From the NCBI GenBank assembly GCA_030638825.1, contig DAOWDU010000011.1, positions 5,675-69,674 on the forward strand: DNA of 64,000 bases. The letters are read 5' to 3'. Below the pieces are notes generated by a model that had not been told where the DNA came from, searched no databases, and saw only the letters and a list, made by a program, of their open reading frames with translations. Made by a program: the position numbers and the translations under genes. Origin of the DNA: a bacterium. GTDB lineage: Bacteria > Patescibacteriota > Minisyncoccia > JAHIHE01 > JAGLIN01. Below, one piece after another: positions 34,174 to 43,816 of the stretch; the first letter of the stretch is position 1; every line of letters begins with the position of its first letter.

Positions 34174-35391
34174 ATGCAAACAAAAAAAACTACTTTTATA
34201 ATAGCTTTTATCTCGGCGATATTTGTTAGCGTGAATTTTATGGTTGCCAAAGCGTATGTGCCGTTAGTCAGGCTTCCTGGATTGCCGACAGAGGGGGAGA
34301 TTAATTTATCGCAATACATTATTGGATTATATAATTTTTTATTAAGCATCGTGGGAATAGTCGCTGTAATGATGCTGATTATCGGGGGGATGAAATATAT
34401 AACCGCGGCTGGAAACGCTTCAATTATATCTGACGCTAAGGACACAATTTCAAACGCCTTATTCGGTTTATTGCTGGCGCTTTTGTCCTGGGTGATCGTG
34501 AGCACAATAAACCCTGATGTTTTATACATAAAAAATCCTGGCGCCGATTTTACAGAGGTACTTAAAGACGATCTCGGCGCATGCGGTTATTATGATCCTG
34601 ATCCTGCTATCATCGCTCCTGCTCCTAATTGTGTTTGTAAAGACAGCGCAGTTGCTTTTGCTAGTATAACTAGTCAAGAAGCATGTCAGGATATTTGCGT
34701 CAATGCTTGTGGAACGACAGAAGCTTCTCCTTGCATCGGAGGGACTTCAAATAATCCAATAAATGGCGTGTGTCATTGTGTTGATGGCAATAAAGAAGTA
34801 GATGTTGATTATGGAAATGCCCCAATAGACGCAAAATGTAATGAGGTTTGTAGCAATCCAAGTTTTGCTGAGGATGGGAAATATCATGGAGTAAAAACTG
34901 ATCTTGATATACTTAAATTAAATGATGACAATGAAATGATTCCTATTTCAAGAATAGATGAAGATACCTTTACTTTAAAAACGAATAAAGATTATTTTTT
35001 TGATTTTTCCGATTCCTATGATTGCAGAGGTGAAATAGTTAGTTTTGCGATTGAGTTTAACGGAGGGAAGCCAACTATTTTCGATGCTCCCGACAGATGG
35101 TGCTGTATGATAAATAATCCTGCTTGTCCATCAACTTGGGGAGAACTTTGTAATGCAGGACTTCTTTTTAAAACTATGTGTGACGATCCTACCTGTAGTA
35201 TTGATTTAAAACTATGTACTTGTTTTGAACCCAATGAAGATCGTTCAAATTATCCAATATACAAAGTAAGCTATAGTAGTGATGGGCTAAAAAAACTTTG
35301 GACAGGAATAACAAATAGAACTTCAGATGGAGGTATTGTTAGGTGTTACGAGGATGCTGAAAAGCTTTTTAGTGTAAGAGTTGAAAATTAA
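34174..35391 (+). CDS. Secreted/membrane protein with a VirB2/TrbC-like pilin N-terminus and a Cys-rich C-terminal extracellular domain
   Basis: Signal peptide, then two hydrophobic helices (IVGIVAVMMLIIGGMKYITAAG ... LFGLLLALLSWVIVSTINPD). The C-terminal 270 aa contain more than 20 Cys. Confidence 0.45.
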   Translation: MQTKKTTFIIAFISAIFVSVNFMVAKAYVPLVRLPGLPTEGEINLSQYIIGLYNFLLSIVGIVAVMMLIIGGMKYITAAGNASIISDAKDTISNALFGLLLALLSWVIVSTINPDVLYIKNPGADFTEVLKDDLGACGYYDPDPAIIAPAPNCVCKDSAVAFASITSQEACQDICVNACGTTEASPCIGGTSNNPINGVCHCVDGNKEVDVDYGNAPIDAKCNEVCSNPSFAEDGKYHGVKTDLDILKLNDDNEMIPISRIDEDTFTLKTNKDYFFDFSDSYDCRGEIVSFAIEFNGGKPTIFDAPDRWCCMINNPACPSTWGELCNAGLLFKTMCDDPTCSIDLKLCTCFEPNEDRSNYPIYKVSYSSDGLKKLWTGITNRTSDGGIVRCYEDAEKLFSVRVEN

Positions 35392-35400
35392 ATAAAAAAA

Positions 35401-35432
35401 ATGGCATAAAATGCCAAATTATTATTATTTAA
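35401..35432. terminator. Bidirectional intrinsic terminator between convergent genes
   Basis: aatggcat aaa atgccaaatt, flanked by A-runs and T-runs on both sides. Confidence 0.6.
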
Positions 35433-35434
35433 AT

Positions 35435-36073
35435 TCATTCGAGATAAAACCATATTTTTTTTATCTCACAGGAAGTTTCCTTTAGAGCGATAGAAGAAGG
35501 ATCTGCCGATTGGCGTTCTATTAAATAGAAATCTCCTTCAATATCCTGACTTTGTTTTCCGATATCGAAACAATCCAAACGATCGGAACGGTCAGACAAA
35601 AAAGAATATTCAATCTCCCTGTTCCATGGTTCTCCTCTGTAAGCTATTACTTTAACCCTATATCTTACGGAGTTATAGCGCACATTATTGAACCTTTCGT
35701 CGTCATTTTTAACAATAGAGAATTTCAATATATTATTCTCTATCCCTACATTGACCAAATTCATATCTGGTCTTTTTTCTGATGATATTTCCTGAGGGAG
35801 ATTTGAAACAGGATAATATATTCCTGTTTTTCCTATTTCCTCTGTTTCTGGCTCTTCGGTTCCTACTGGAACAGCATCTGTCTCAGTATCAGTACCACCT
35901 ATACCAGTATCGGTAGCAGTGATAATTTCGCTGATTCCTATTACTCCTGGTCCAAATACTGCTGCGGTTAGTGTTATCGCTAAGAAAGCGACAAACCATG
36001 GAGCGACTGGCCATTCTCTTTTTTCGTGCTTGTTTTCTCCCTGTACAGGAGTCGTCTTTTCTTTTTCATACAT
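35435..36073 (-). CDS. Hypothetical membrane-anchored protein
   Basis: TM helix PWFVAFLAITLTAAVF followed by a T/E-rich linker. Confidence 0.45.
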   Translation of the reverse strand: MYEKEKTTPVQGENKHEKREWPVAPWFVAFLAITLTAAVFGPGVIGISEIITATDTGIGGTDTETDAVPVGTEEPETEEIGKTGIYYPVSNLPQEISSEKRPDMNLVNVGIENNILKFSIVKNDDERFNNVRYNSVRYRVKVIAYRGEPWNREIEYSFLSDRSDRLDCFDIGKQSQDIEGDFYLIERQSADPSSIALKETSCEIKKIWFYLE

Positions 36074-36304
36074 ATCTATTCACCTCAACTGTTTCAGATC
36101 ACCTCCTAACATTATTTCTTTATAGATGATCATTTTTATTGGCTACTCTCAAAATATCCAACAAAAAAGACCATCCAAAGAAATCTATTTTATAAAGAAC
36201 AATTTTTTAAAATAAGCATATAGCCTATCCTCTCCTCTATTTGCATTATACATTACTATAACGAGCAAGTCTATCACAAAGAAAAAGTTTGTCAAGACCG
36301 TTTC

Positions 36305-37604
36305 CTACACCCTGTATGATTTTAAAATCTTCTCCAACGACAAAAACTTAAAATTATTTTTTATTAAAAAACTCTTTTTCTCTTCTGGCAATTCTTCAAC
36401 AGTAAAAATAAAATAAATCTTTTTGTAGTTTTTTAACTTATCAATAAATTCACTTTTTCTAATCAAGTCATTAATCAATTTTTGATCTATCTTCTTAGAT
36501 TTTAATTTACATTCGCCAATCAGCGCTATTTTGTTTTTTTTATCAACCGCTACGATATCTATCTCTTTATTGTCGTTAGTTGCGTTAGATCTTTTCCAAA
36601 AAGAGCCGATTTGTTCAAAATTAAAAACATTGTCTTTGTTATTATTTTGTTCTATTAAGTAGGTTTTGATTAAATTCTCAAACTTAAAACCTAAATAACT
36701 ATCTAAATCCTTAATAATATAATCAAACAAAGCAGTCCAATTTTTTATTTCAATCAGATGATTTTTTTATAAAGATAGCGAAACCAAAAAGATAAAAATT
36801 CATCTCTAATTTTATACAGGCTTAATTTGGAGCTTGATTTTTTTTCTAAAATGGGAGTTTTTCTTTCTATGATCTCATAAAAATCTTCCAAGGCTTTTAA
36901 AAAAACTCCCAGAGAATTTATATTTATACCAGTATAGTTATGAATTTCATTTCTGGTTGTTTTGCCCAGAGAGATAGCAGTCAGAATTGAAAAGTATTTT
37001 TCATAAGATTTGCCGAATTCTTCAATCAAAATGTTCTTTCCTTCTTTGATTAAAAAAGCGTCTTCCTGGCAAAATAATTTTTTAATAATTTGTTTAGCGT
37101 TTTTTTTCGCTAAATCATCGTCTTCCAACAATTCAAAATATTTGGGCATTCCATTGAAAAGCGAATAGAAAATCAAAAAATTTTTGGAAGATAATAATTT
37201 AAAATCCCTTAAAATAGCTTGCTGGGTTTTTAAATCAAAAGGTCTAAGCTCTATAATTTTGTTAGCTCGATTATACAAAGGCTCCTTAGAAGAAGTAAAG
37301 ATTTTTTTAATGAGAGTAAACATTGAGCCAACGCAAAATATAGCAATTTTACTTTTATCTTTATTTAAGTCCCAGAATTTTTGCAAATCCGAAAAGAAAG
37401 AAGGGTTAACTGATTTAAAATTTTTTCTGTTTTTTTGCTAACGAAAAAATAAAGAAAAGGCTGTTTTCTGAAAGTATAAAGGATTAGAGCTGTTTTTCCT
37501 ACTCTTCTTTTTCCCTGAAGAACAATTAGTTGTCCTTTCTTTTTGCTAGTTTGAACAATTTTGTTGATTGTTGTTATTTCTTTTTCTCTATCGTAGAACT
37601 TCAT
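36305..37604 (-). pseudogene. Degraded AAA+ ATPase of the DUF234/COG1672 type, split into three ORFs (37365-37604, 36754-37386, 36305-36730)
   Basis: Walker A GKRRVGKTAL in the first fragment, a middle region, and a DUF234-like PD-(D/E)xK C-terminus (EIDIVAVD...ALIGECK) in the last. The fragments overlap or are separated by frame changes and stops. Confidence 0.6.
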
Positions 37605-37731
37605 AAAATAGTTATGATTATAACGGTTATATTTACTACCGTAGTAACAGAAGAACTTATTTTTGTCAATGGCTCCATCTCATATTTTTATATAGATTCC
37701 GCTTTGCGCATTCAAATTATTAATAAATATC

Positions 37732-37821
37732 TGGCGGCGGGAGAGGGATTCGAACCCCCGATACCTTTTCAGATATAGCAGTTTTCGAAACTGCCCCGTT
37801 CAACCGCTCCGGCATCCCGCC
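37732..37821 (-). tRNA. tRNA-Ser (anticodon CGA), CCA encoded
   Basis: The reverse complement ggcgggatgccggagcggttgaacggggcagtttcgaaaactgctatatctgaaaaggtatcgggggttcgaatccctctcccgccgcca has anticodon stem gcagt/actgc, loop ttCGAaa and a long variable arm. Confidence 0.85.
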
Positions 37822-37928
37822 TGATTAACCTATAACTGAAAACAAATAACTTATAACTCGCGATGGCAAAAAAGAAAAGAGCGTTTCTATAATTTCTGTT
37901 CTTTGAATAGTGTTAATTTGAAATGCAT

Positions 37929-39620
37929 TTAATTTTCGTAGATGTCATAATCTTCGTAGTCGTAATAATCGTAATAATCGTAATCATAATTATAATCATA
38001 ATTCAAAATATCAATTATCCTGATGGTATTTTCCTTTGAAGTGGCTATTACTAGGATATTATTTTTGGCAAAATAATCAAAACTGATATCTTTAGTAGGC
38101 AAGTTTATATATCTAATATAAGTGTAGCCGTAATTCGTAAATTCAAAACGCTGGTCAAAGCGTTCTTCTATTTTGCTGTCCGTAAATAATGGCTCAAAGA
38201 CTTTGAACATTTTCTTTTTAGCAACGCTTTCTTGCTCCCAATCCCCCATCGTTTTCAGCAAAGAGACAAGATCGTTTGATTCTATCGCAATTGCAAATCT
38301 AAAAGCGTTTGTTCCTGTTTTTATGGCAAAAATATTATAGCTTTCAGTTGTTGTTTCCCAAAAACTGTCTGGGAAGTTCTTGGTTTCAATTCTGATATCT
38401 TCCAACGCTTCTTTCAGTGAGACTATATTGTTATCGTCTTTTATTACAATTCTCAATTCTTTAATATCGTCATCTCTCCCGAATTTTTCGTTAATAGCGC
38501 TTTCCTTAAATCCCATTTTGACGATGTCGTCTTTAGTAAATTCAATAGAGCTCTTAATTTGAGCGAACTCTTTTATTTCTGTTCCAATAATAACTACTGG
38601 AGGCTCGAACGGAGTCGGGGTGAGTTTTCTAACGAGAACATAATAAATCGCTCCGGATAGAATAATTAAAAGAAGCGCTATCGGAATAATTTTTTTCCAG
38701 GGCAGCGAAAACAGCTTTATATTGTATTTTTTTATTACCCTGCTTTTTAATTTCTTGTATTTTTCTTTCTCAGAAATAATTTTTTGCTTTTCTTTCATTT
38801 CGGCAGTGCTTTTCATATCTTCTATTTCATCTTTTTTTTCTTTTAGTTTAATCCTTTTAGAAACAGAGCTGTATTTTTTTTGTTTTCCGAAAATCAGTCT
38901 ATTCTCCGGCGATTGATAGCCGTCATCGTTATAGAAACTTTTTATTGCCTCCTTTTTCTTTTCTGGCTCTTTCTCTGTCTTAAGAGATTTTTCCTTTGTT
39001 AATACTCCAGAATTTTTATATTCTTTTTCCTTGTTTTCTTTCTCTATATTTTTTATATCTTCAACACGCTTTGTTATTTTGCGAGGTTCTGTGGGTTTAT
39101 CGTCCTTGAGTTTTTTTGAAATATTATTCCAAAATGATTGTTTGTCTTCCTCTGTTTTTTCTATTTCAGCCGCTCTTTTTTCCTCTAATTCATCGTCCGT
39201 CTTTTCTGTCTGGACTTCCTGATTTTCTTTCTTGTCAATTGTTTCTGAAATTTTATCAATAAGATCCTCCAATTCTTTTTTGTCATCGCTTTTCAAATCA
39301 ACTTGTTTTTCTTCTTGCTCTGTTGCCTTTTCTTCGCTTGCCGTATCTACTATAGCAGTTTCTTCCTCTGTATCTTTTTTCACTGATTCTTTTTCATCGT
39401 CATTTTTTGAAATTCTTTCTATAAGATTTTTTAGTTCGTCAATTTCTTCATCCTTTAATTTTCCGGAAGTTGTGTCGGGCGCCACGACAGAACCAGATAT
39501 TTCCGCAGTGGCAATATCTGGTTTCTTTTGACCTTGCTCCTCTTTTAATAATTTTCCGCTTTCATTATCAGAAGAAGCAAGATCATCTTTCATTGTTCTT
39601 ATTTTTATTTTTCCTTTCAT
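37929..39620 (-). CDS. Hypothetical acidic coiled-coil membrane protein with a C-terminal Tyr/Asp-rich tail
   Basis: One TM helix (IIPIALLLIILSGAIYYVLV), a long E/K-rich N-terminal half, and the tail YDYNYDYDYYDYYDYEDYDIYEN. Confidence 0.5.
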   Translation of the reverse strand: MKGKIKIRTMKDDLASSDNESGKLLKEEQGQKKPDIATAEISGSVVAPDTTSGKLKDEEIDELKNLIERISKNDDEKESVKKDTEEETAIVDTASEEKATEQEEKQVDLKSDDKKELEDLIDKISETIDKKENQEVQTEKTDDELEEKRAAEIEKTEEDKQSFWNNISKKLKDDKPTEPRKITKRVEDIKNIEKENKEKEYKNSGVLTKEKSLKTEKEPEKKKEAIKSFYNDDGYQSPENRLIFGKQKKYSSVSKRIKLKEKKDEIEDMKSTAEMKEKQKIISEKEKYKKLKSRVIKKYNIKLFSLPWKKIIPIALLLIILSGAIYYVLVRKLTPTPFEPPVVIIGTEIKEFAQIKSSIEFTKDDIVKMGFKESAINEKFGRDDDIKELRIVIKDDNNIVSLKEALEDIRIETKNFPDSFWETTTESYNIFAIKTGTNAFRFAIAIESNDLVSLLKTMGDWEQESVAKKKMFKVFEPLFTDSKIEERFDQRFEFTNYGYTYIRYINLPTKDISFDYFAKNNILVIATSKENTIRIIDILNYDYNYDYDYYDYYDYEDYDIYEN

Positions 39621-39634
39621 AATATATTTTTATT

Positions 39635-41725
39635 TTACACTCCCTTATGCGTCAAACTTATTCTTCCTTGATCGTCAATTTCTTTTACTTTCACGGCAAT
39701 AACATCGCCAAGATTAACAACATCTTCAACTTTCTCAACCCTATTGGGAGCAAGTTCTGAAATATGAACCAGTCCATCTTGTCCAGGGAGAACTTCCACA
39801 AAAGCGCCGAAAGTCATAATTCGCACAACCTTGCCTTGAAAAACTTCTCCGACAACAACTTCTCTTGTTAATTCTTTGATCCAGTCTTCCGCTTTCTTCG
39901 CTTCTGTCGCATCTTTGGAAGTAATCATTACTAAGCCATCATCTTCAATATCTATCGCTACGCCAGTTTCGGCAATAATTTCGTTAATCATTTTTCCACC
40001 AGGTCCGATGACATCTTTTATTTTTTCAGGGTTTATTTTCATTGTTGTAATTCGTGGCGCATATTGAGAAAGCTCTTTTCTTGATTCCGAAATCGCTTCA
40101 TTCATCGTCTCAATAATTTTCATCCTCGCTTCTCTTGCCTTAGTTAAAACTTCTTCAACTATTTCCAAAGTTATTCCCGCTACTTTCACATCCATTTGCA
40201 TCGCCGTAATTCCTTTTTCTGTTCCCGCTACCTTGAAATCCATATCGCCGTGATGATCTTCATAGCCCTGAATGTCAGTTAATATTTTATGATTCCCATT
40301 ATCATCAGAAATCAAACCCATCGCAATTCCCGCCGCTGGTCGTGGAATAAAAATCCCTGCGTCCATTAAAGCCAACGAACTTCCGCAAACACTTGCCATT
40401 GAAGATGAGCCATTAGATGATAAAATTTCCGAAACTAAACGAATTGTATATGGAAATTCTTCTTTGTCTTGAGGAATTAATGGTTGCAACGCTTTTTCTG
40501 CCAAAGCGCCGTGCCCGATTTCTCTTCGTCCCGGTCCGCGCATTGGTCCAGTTTCTCCAACTGAAAATGAAGGGAATGTATAGTGATGCATAAATCTTTT
40601 TTTGCCATCTTCTTCCATACTATCCATAGTTTGCTCATCTCCGGGAGAACCCAAAGTTGCTACAGTCAAAGCTTGCGTTTCTCCTCTGTTAAATAATCCC
40701 GAGCCATGCGTTCTTGGAAGCAATCCAACTTGCGCGCTGATTTTTCTAATTTCTTCCACGTTTCTTTTATCTGGCCGTTTATCTTCTTCCAAAATCGCTT
40801 TATGAACCAAAGCGTCTATTTCTTCATCTGTCACTAAGTCCGCGATATATTTTAAAGCCTTATCATCGCCAAATTTTTCTTCTATAAATTTGTGCAAATC
40901 TTCTCTGAGCTGTTTGCTCTCTTTGTTTTTTTCTTCTTTATTTTCCGCAAAAACAACCTTCTCTAATCTTTCTGCTAAGAACTTTCGCATCTCATTTTCT
41001 ACCTCTTTATCCGCTTGAATTAATTTCGCTTCTCTCTTCTCTTTTCCAACCTCTGAAATTATTTCTTTCTGGAAATTAATTATTTCTTTAACGCATTTTT
41101 GCGAGAATTTAATTTTCTCCAAAACCTCATCTTCCGCAACTTCGTTTCCCCCGCCTTCAATCATATTTATTTGATCATCTTTTCCGGCGATAATAACATC
41201 AAATGAACTTTCGTCTCTTTGTTCATAGGTTGGATTGACGATAAGTTCTCCGTCAACTTTTGCCACTCGCACGGCGCCAATCGGTCCATCCCAAGGAATA
41301 TCAGAAATCGCCAATGCCAAAGATGCTCCAATTAAAGAGCAAATGTCCGGATCGTTCGCCTGATCTACAGACAAAATCGTCAAAACAACTTGAATATCAT
41401 TTCTAATTCTGCTGTTAAATAACGGTCTAATTGTTCTGTCCACCATTCGTCCTGACAAAATCGCTTCATCCGTCGGACGACCTTCTCTCTTGATAAATCT
41501 GCTTCCTTTAATTTTTCCCGCCGCGTAAAGTCGCTCTTCGTAATCTACCATTAAGGGAAAATAATTAATCCCCTCCCTGATATTGTCGCTCATTACGGCT
41601 GTCGCCAAAACGACTGTATCGCCATACTGAACTGTCACTGACCCATTCGCCTGATTTGCCATCTTGCCAGTTTCCACAATTATTTCTTTCCCCGCAAGAC
41701 TTTTCTTAAATGTTTTCACTTCCAT
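39635..41725 (-). CDS. pnp: Polynucleotide phosphorylase
   Basis: Two RNase PH domains, and KH and S1 domains at the C-terminus. 696 aa. Confidence 0.95.
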   Translation of the reverse strand: MEVKTFKKSLAGKEIIVETGKMANQANGSVTVQYGDTVVLATAVMSDNIREGINYFPLMVDYEERLYAAGKIKGSRFIKREGRPTDEAILSGRMVDRTIRPLFNSRIRNDIQVVLTILSVDQANDPDICSLIGASLALAISDIPWDGPIGAVRVAKVDGELIVNPTYEQRDESSFDVIIAGKDDQINMIEGGGNEVAEDEVLEKIKFSQKCVKEIINFQKEIISEVGKEKREAKLIQADKEVENEMRKFLAERLEKVVFAENKEEKNKESKQLREDLHKFIEEKFGDDKALKYIADLVTDEEIDALVHKAILEEDKRPDKRNVEEIRKISAQVGLLPRTHGSGLFNRGETQALTVATLGSPGDEQTMDSMEEDGKKRFMHHYTFPSFSVGETGPMRGPGRREIGHGALAEKALQPLIPQDKEEFPYTIRLVSEILSSNGSSSMASVCGSSLALMDAGIFIPRPAAGIAMGLISDDNGNHKILTDIQGYEDHHGDMDFKVAGTEKGITAMQMDVKVAGITLEIVEEVLTKAREARMKIIETMNEAISESRKELSQYAPRITTMKINPEKIKDVIGPGGKMINEIIAETGVAIDIEDDGLVMITSKDATEAKKAEDWIKELTREVVVGEVFQGKVVRIMTFGAFVEVLPGQDGLVHISELAPNRVEKVEDVVNLGDVIAVKVKEIDDQGRISLTHKGV

Positions 41726-41864
41726 TTTTTTATACCTTTCTTTAATTACTGATCTGCAAACTCTAGACTAATATTATTTCTTAAAACAATATTTTAATCT
41801 AACTGTTTATAGATCAGTAAAATTTTAATTAGTTTATTATTTAAAGTTGGTTATTGGTTTATTT

Positions 41865-41890
41865 GTCATTCCCGTGAAGACGGGAATCCA
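41865..41890. repeat. GTCATTCCCGTGAAGACGGGAATCCA hairpin repeat (family F, copy 2)
   Basis: Stem attcccgt / acgggaat. Compared with copy 1 (attcccgc / gcgggaat) the stem change is compensated. Confidence 0.7.
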
Positions 41891-41991
41891 GTTTGTCTCA
41901 ATAAACAATATCTTTCGTAAAAATTTATTAAGTATAAAAAACTGAAACAGTCTATCTGTTTGGTGATTAGGGAGTTGATTAGTTAAATTAT

Positions 41992-42252
41992 TTATTTTTT
42001 AATCTTTCCTAAAATTAGTTCTATACAACCGCCATATTCACCCGTGTGTAAAATTGTGTAATGACCCGAAGATAACTTCTTCTTTAATTCATTGTTATTG
42101 TTAGATTTATCAATTTGGTTTTTACGAAAAAACAGTTTGCGTTCAATAGCGTAAACATTTCTGTGTCTCCACCAACCCTGCATAGCTACAGCGACCGAAA
42201 CTAACAAAGCTACAGTTGAAATGAATATTGATATTGTTTCTATATTTTCCAT
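41992..42252 (-). CDS. Small membrane protein (hypothetical)
   Basis: ORF of 86 aa with an N-terminal TM helix. Confidence 0.3.
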   Translation of the reverse strand: MENIETISIFISTVALLVSVAVAMQGWWRHRNVYAIERKLFFRKNQIDKSNNNNELKKKLSSGHYTILHTGEYGGCIELILGKIKK

Positions 42253-42267
42253 TCTGGTATTTTTACT

Positions 42268-42885
42268 TTAGCAATCTGGATAACCAGAGCATAATTGTTT
42301 ACCATTAAAACCATAAAATGGTTCTCTTTTAATTTCTGCTCCTGTATACATATTTTTATCTTGAATTGGCCAAAAAAATCTTATATAATAATTTTTAGCA
42401 TCTTTTGATAAATTACCAACAGTAAGTATTTTAGATGTTTCCTCTTGCTTAATCCATGTTTCCTCAAGAGGCATATCATATGTTCCTTTGGATAAAAATA
42501 TTTTTGTTACTTTATTACTATCAATATTGTAAGTTACACTAATAGCGTAACCATCTTTTTCAAATACTTTTACCCAAGTATCAACGTTTGTCTGAATTGC
42601 AACATCGGTGGGTTCTGGATTTTCATTTACAGGTTTACCAAAAGCTGAAGCAAAATACGAAATATTTTTATCTAAGAGTGCAGGAATGTCAAATATGACA
42701 TGAATTATTTCTGGTTCTTCTTGTCCAACTTTCTTAGCCTCTTGTTTTTGTAAGTTATCATTTTCTGATTGATTAGTTTTATCTTCGCCAGAAAATATTA
42801 TAACAATCACTATTCCAAAAAAAATAGCTAAGATAATTTTCCAATATTTTTCATACCAAGGTTTTGATATTTTTTGTTCTGTCAT
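42268..42885 (-). CDS. Hypothetical membrane-anchored protein
   Basis: ORF of 205 aa with an N-terminal TM helix. Confidence 0.4.
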   Translation of the reverse strand: MTEQKISKPWYEKYWKIILAIFFGIVIVIIFSGEDKTNQSENDNLQKQEAKKVGQEEPEIIHVIFDIPALLDKNISYFASAFGKPVNENPEPTDVAIQTNVDTWVKVFEKDGYAISVTYNIDSNKVTKIFLSKGTYDMPLEETWIKQEETSKILTVGNLSKDAKNYYIRFFWPIQDKNMYTGAEIKREPFYGFNGKQLCSGYPDC

Positions 42886-42928
42886 AATAATTATTTTAAA
42901 AAATTAATAAAATTACATTCTTATTTAT

Positions 42929-43261
42929 TTACACCTTAATCTCCACCCCCGTTTCTCTAATCTCATTCGCCAAAGAATCATATTTATCATTAAAATCCTT
43001 CAGCGTAAAACCAACAGGTTCAATCGTATAATTCAAATTAAAAATCTTTCGTTTCTTCCATAAATATTGCGATGCCTCAAAAGAATCTTTAAACTTAGAA
43101 GAAACAACACACAAATCAATATCACTCCATTCGCGCTGAGAACCACGAGCAAAAGAACCAAAAAGAATGACTTTTTTAATAGGCAGTCTGTCTTCCTTTA
43201 AAATGTCCAAATATTTCCCTATTTCTTTTTCTACTTTTTTCGGTATTCTTTTTCTAACCAT
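42929..43261 (-). CDS. Minimal nucleotidyltransferase (MNT, antitoxin-like)
   Basis: ILFGSFARGSQREWSDIDLCVVS pol-beta NTase motif. Confidence 0.75.
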   Translation of the reverse strand: MVRKRIPKKVEKEIGKYLDILKEDRLPIKKVILFGSFARGSQREWSDIDLCVVSSKFKDSFEASQYLWKKRKIFNLNYTIEPVGFTLKDFNDKYDSLANEIRETGVEIKV

Positions 43262-43272
43262 AAAAATAATTC

Positions 43273-43791
43273 TTATAGTCGCTCTTTCCTATATCTATCA
43301 TAATCATCCCTAATAATCCAAGAAGCGACAGTAAAAATCATTTCCAAAGTAATCTTCATTGGATGACTAACAACATATTCCTTAAGAGGATCAATTAAAG
43401 GATCGTTTTCTAACTCTTTCAAAGCAGTTTTAGCTTCTGTTTCATAATCATAGAGAGTTCTTAACTTCCAAGTGTCCATCAGTTTAAAAATCTTTTCTTG
43501 TAATTCTGGATAAATTCTATAGAATCCGCAGTCAATTAAAAGTTCTTTGCCCTCTTTATTGATAATCATAGGACTACCTGGATTACCAAAAAAAGATGAT
43601 CTTTTCAAAAGACCAATGTCCTTATCATGATCATGAACACATTCCCAAATCTTTTTACAATCACTCTTAATCTCAACAATATCATCTCTTGTTATTTTAA
43701 CAGTTTCATCGGTTCTAATTATTATTTCTTTAGTTTCACCCAATAATAAATTAGATAAAATATTCCCAATTTTTTTTATTTTTTCAATCAT
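43273..43791 (-). CDS. Hypothetical protein, tandem paralog of the gene at 43817-44383 (shared C-terminal block)
   Basis: The C-terminus ENDPLIDPLKEYVV...IFTVASWIIRDDYDRY aligns with EDDPIFLPIKDYAF...IIAVYFRDFVLEE in the upstream gene. Confidence 0.45.
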   Translation of the reverse strand: MIEKIKKIGNILSNLLLGETKEIIIRTDETVKITRDDIVEIKSDCKKIWECVHDHDKDIGLLKRSSFFGNPGSPMIINKEGKELLIDCGFYRIYPELQEKIFKLMDTWKLRTLYDYETEAKTALKELENDPLIDPLKEYVVSHPMKITLEMIFTVASWIIRDDYDRYRKERL

Positions 43792-43816
43792 ATAATTTAA
43801 ATTATATTTTTATTTT

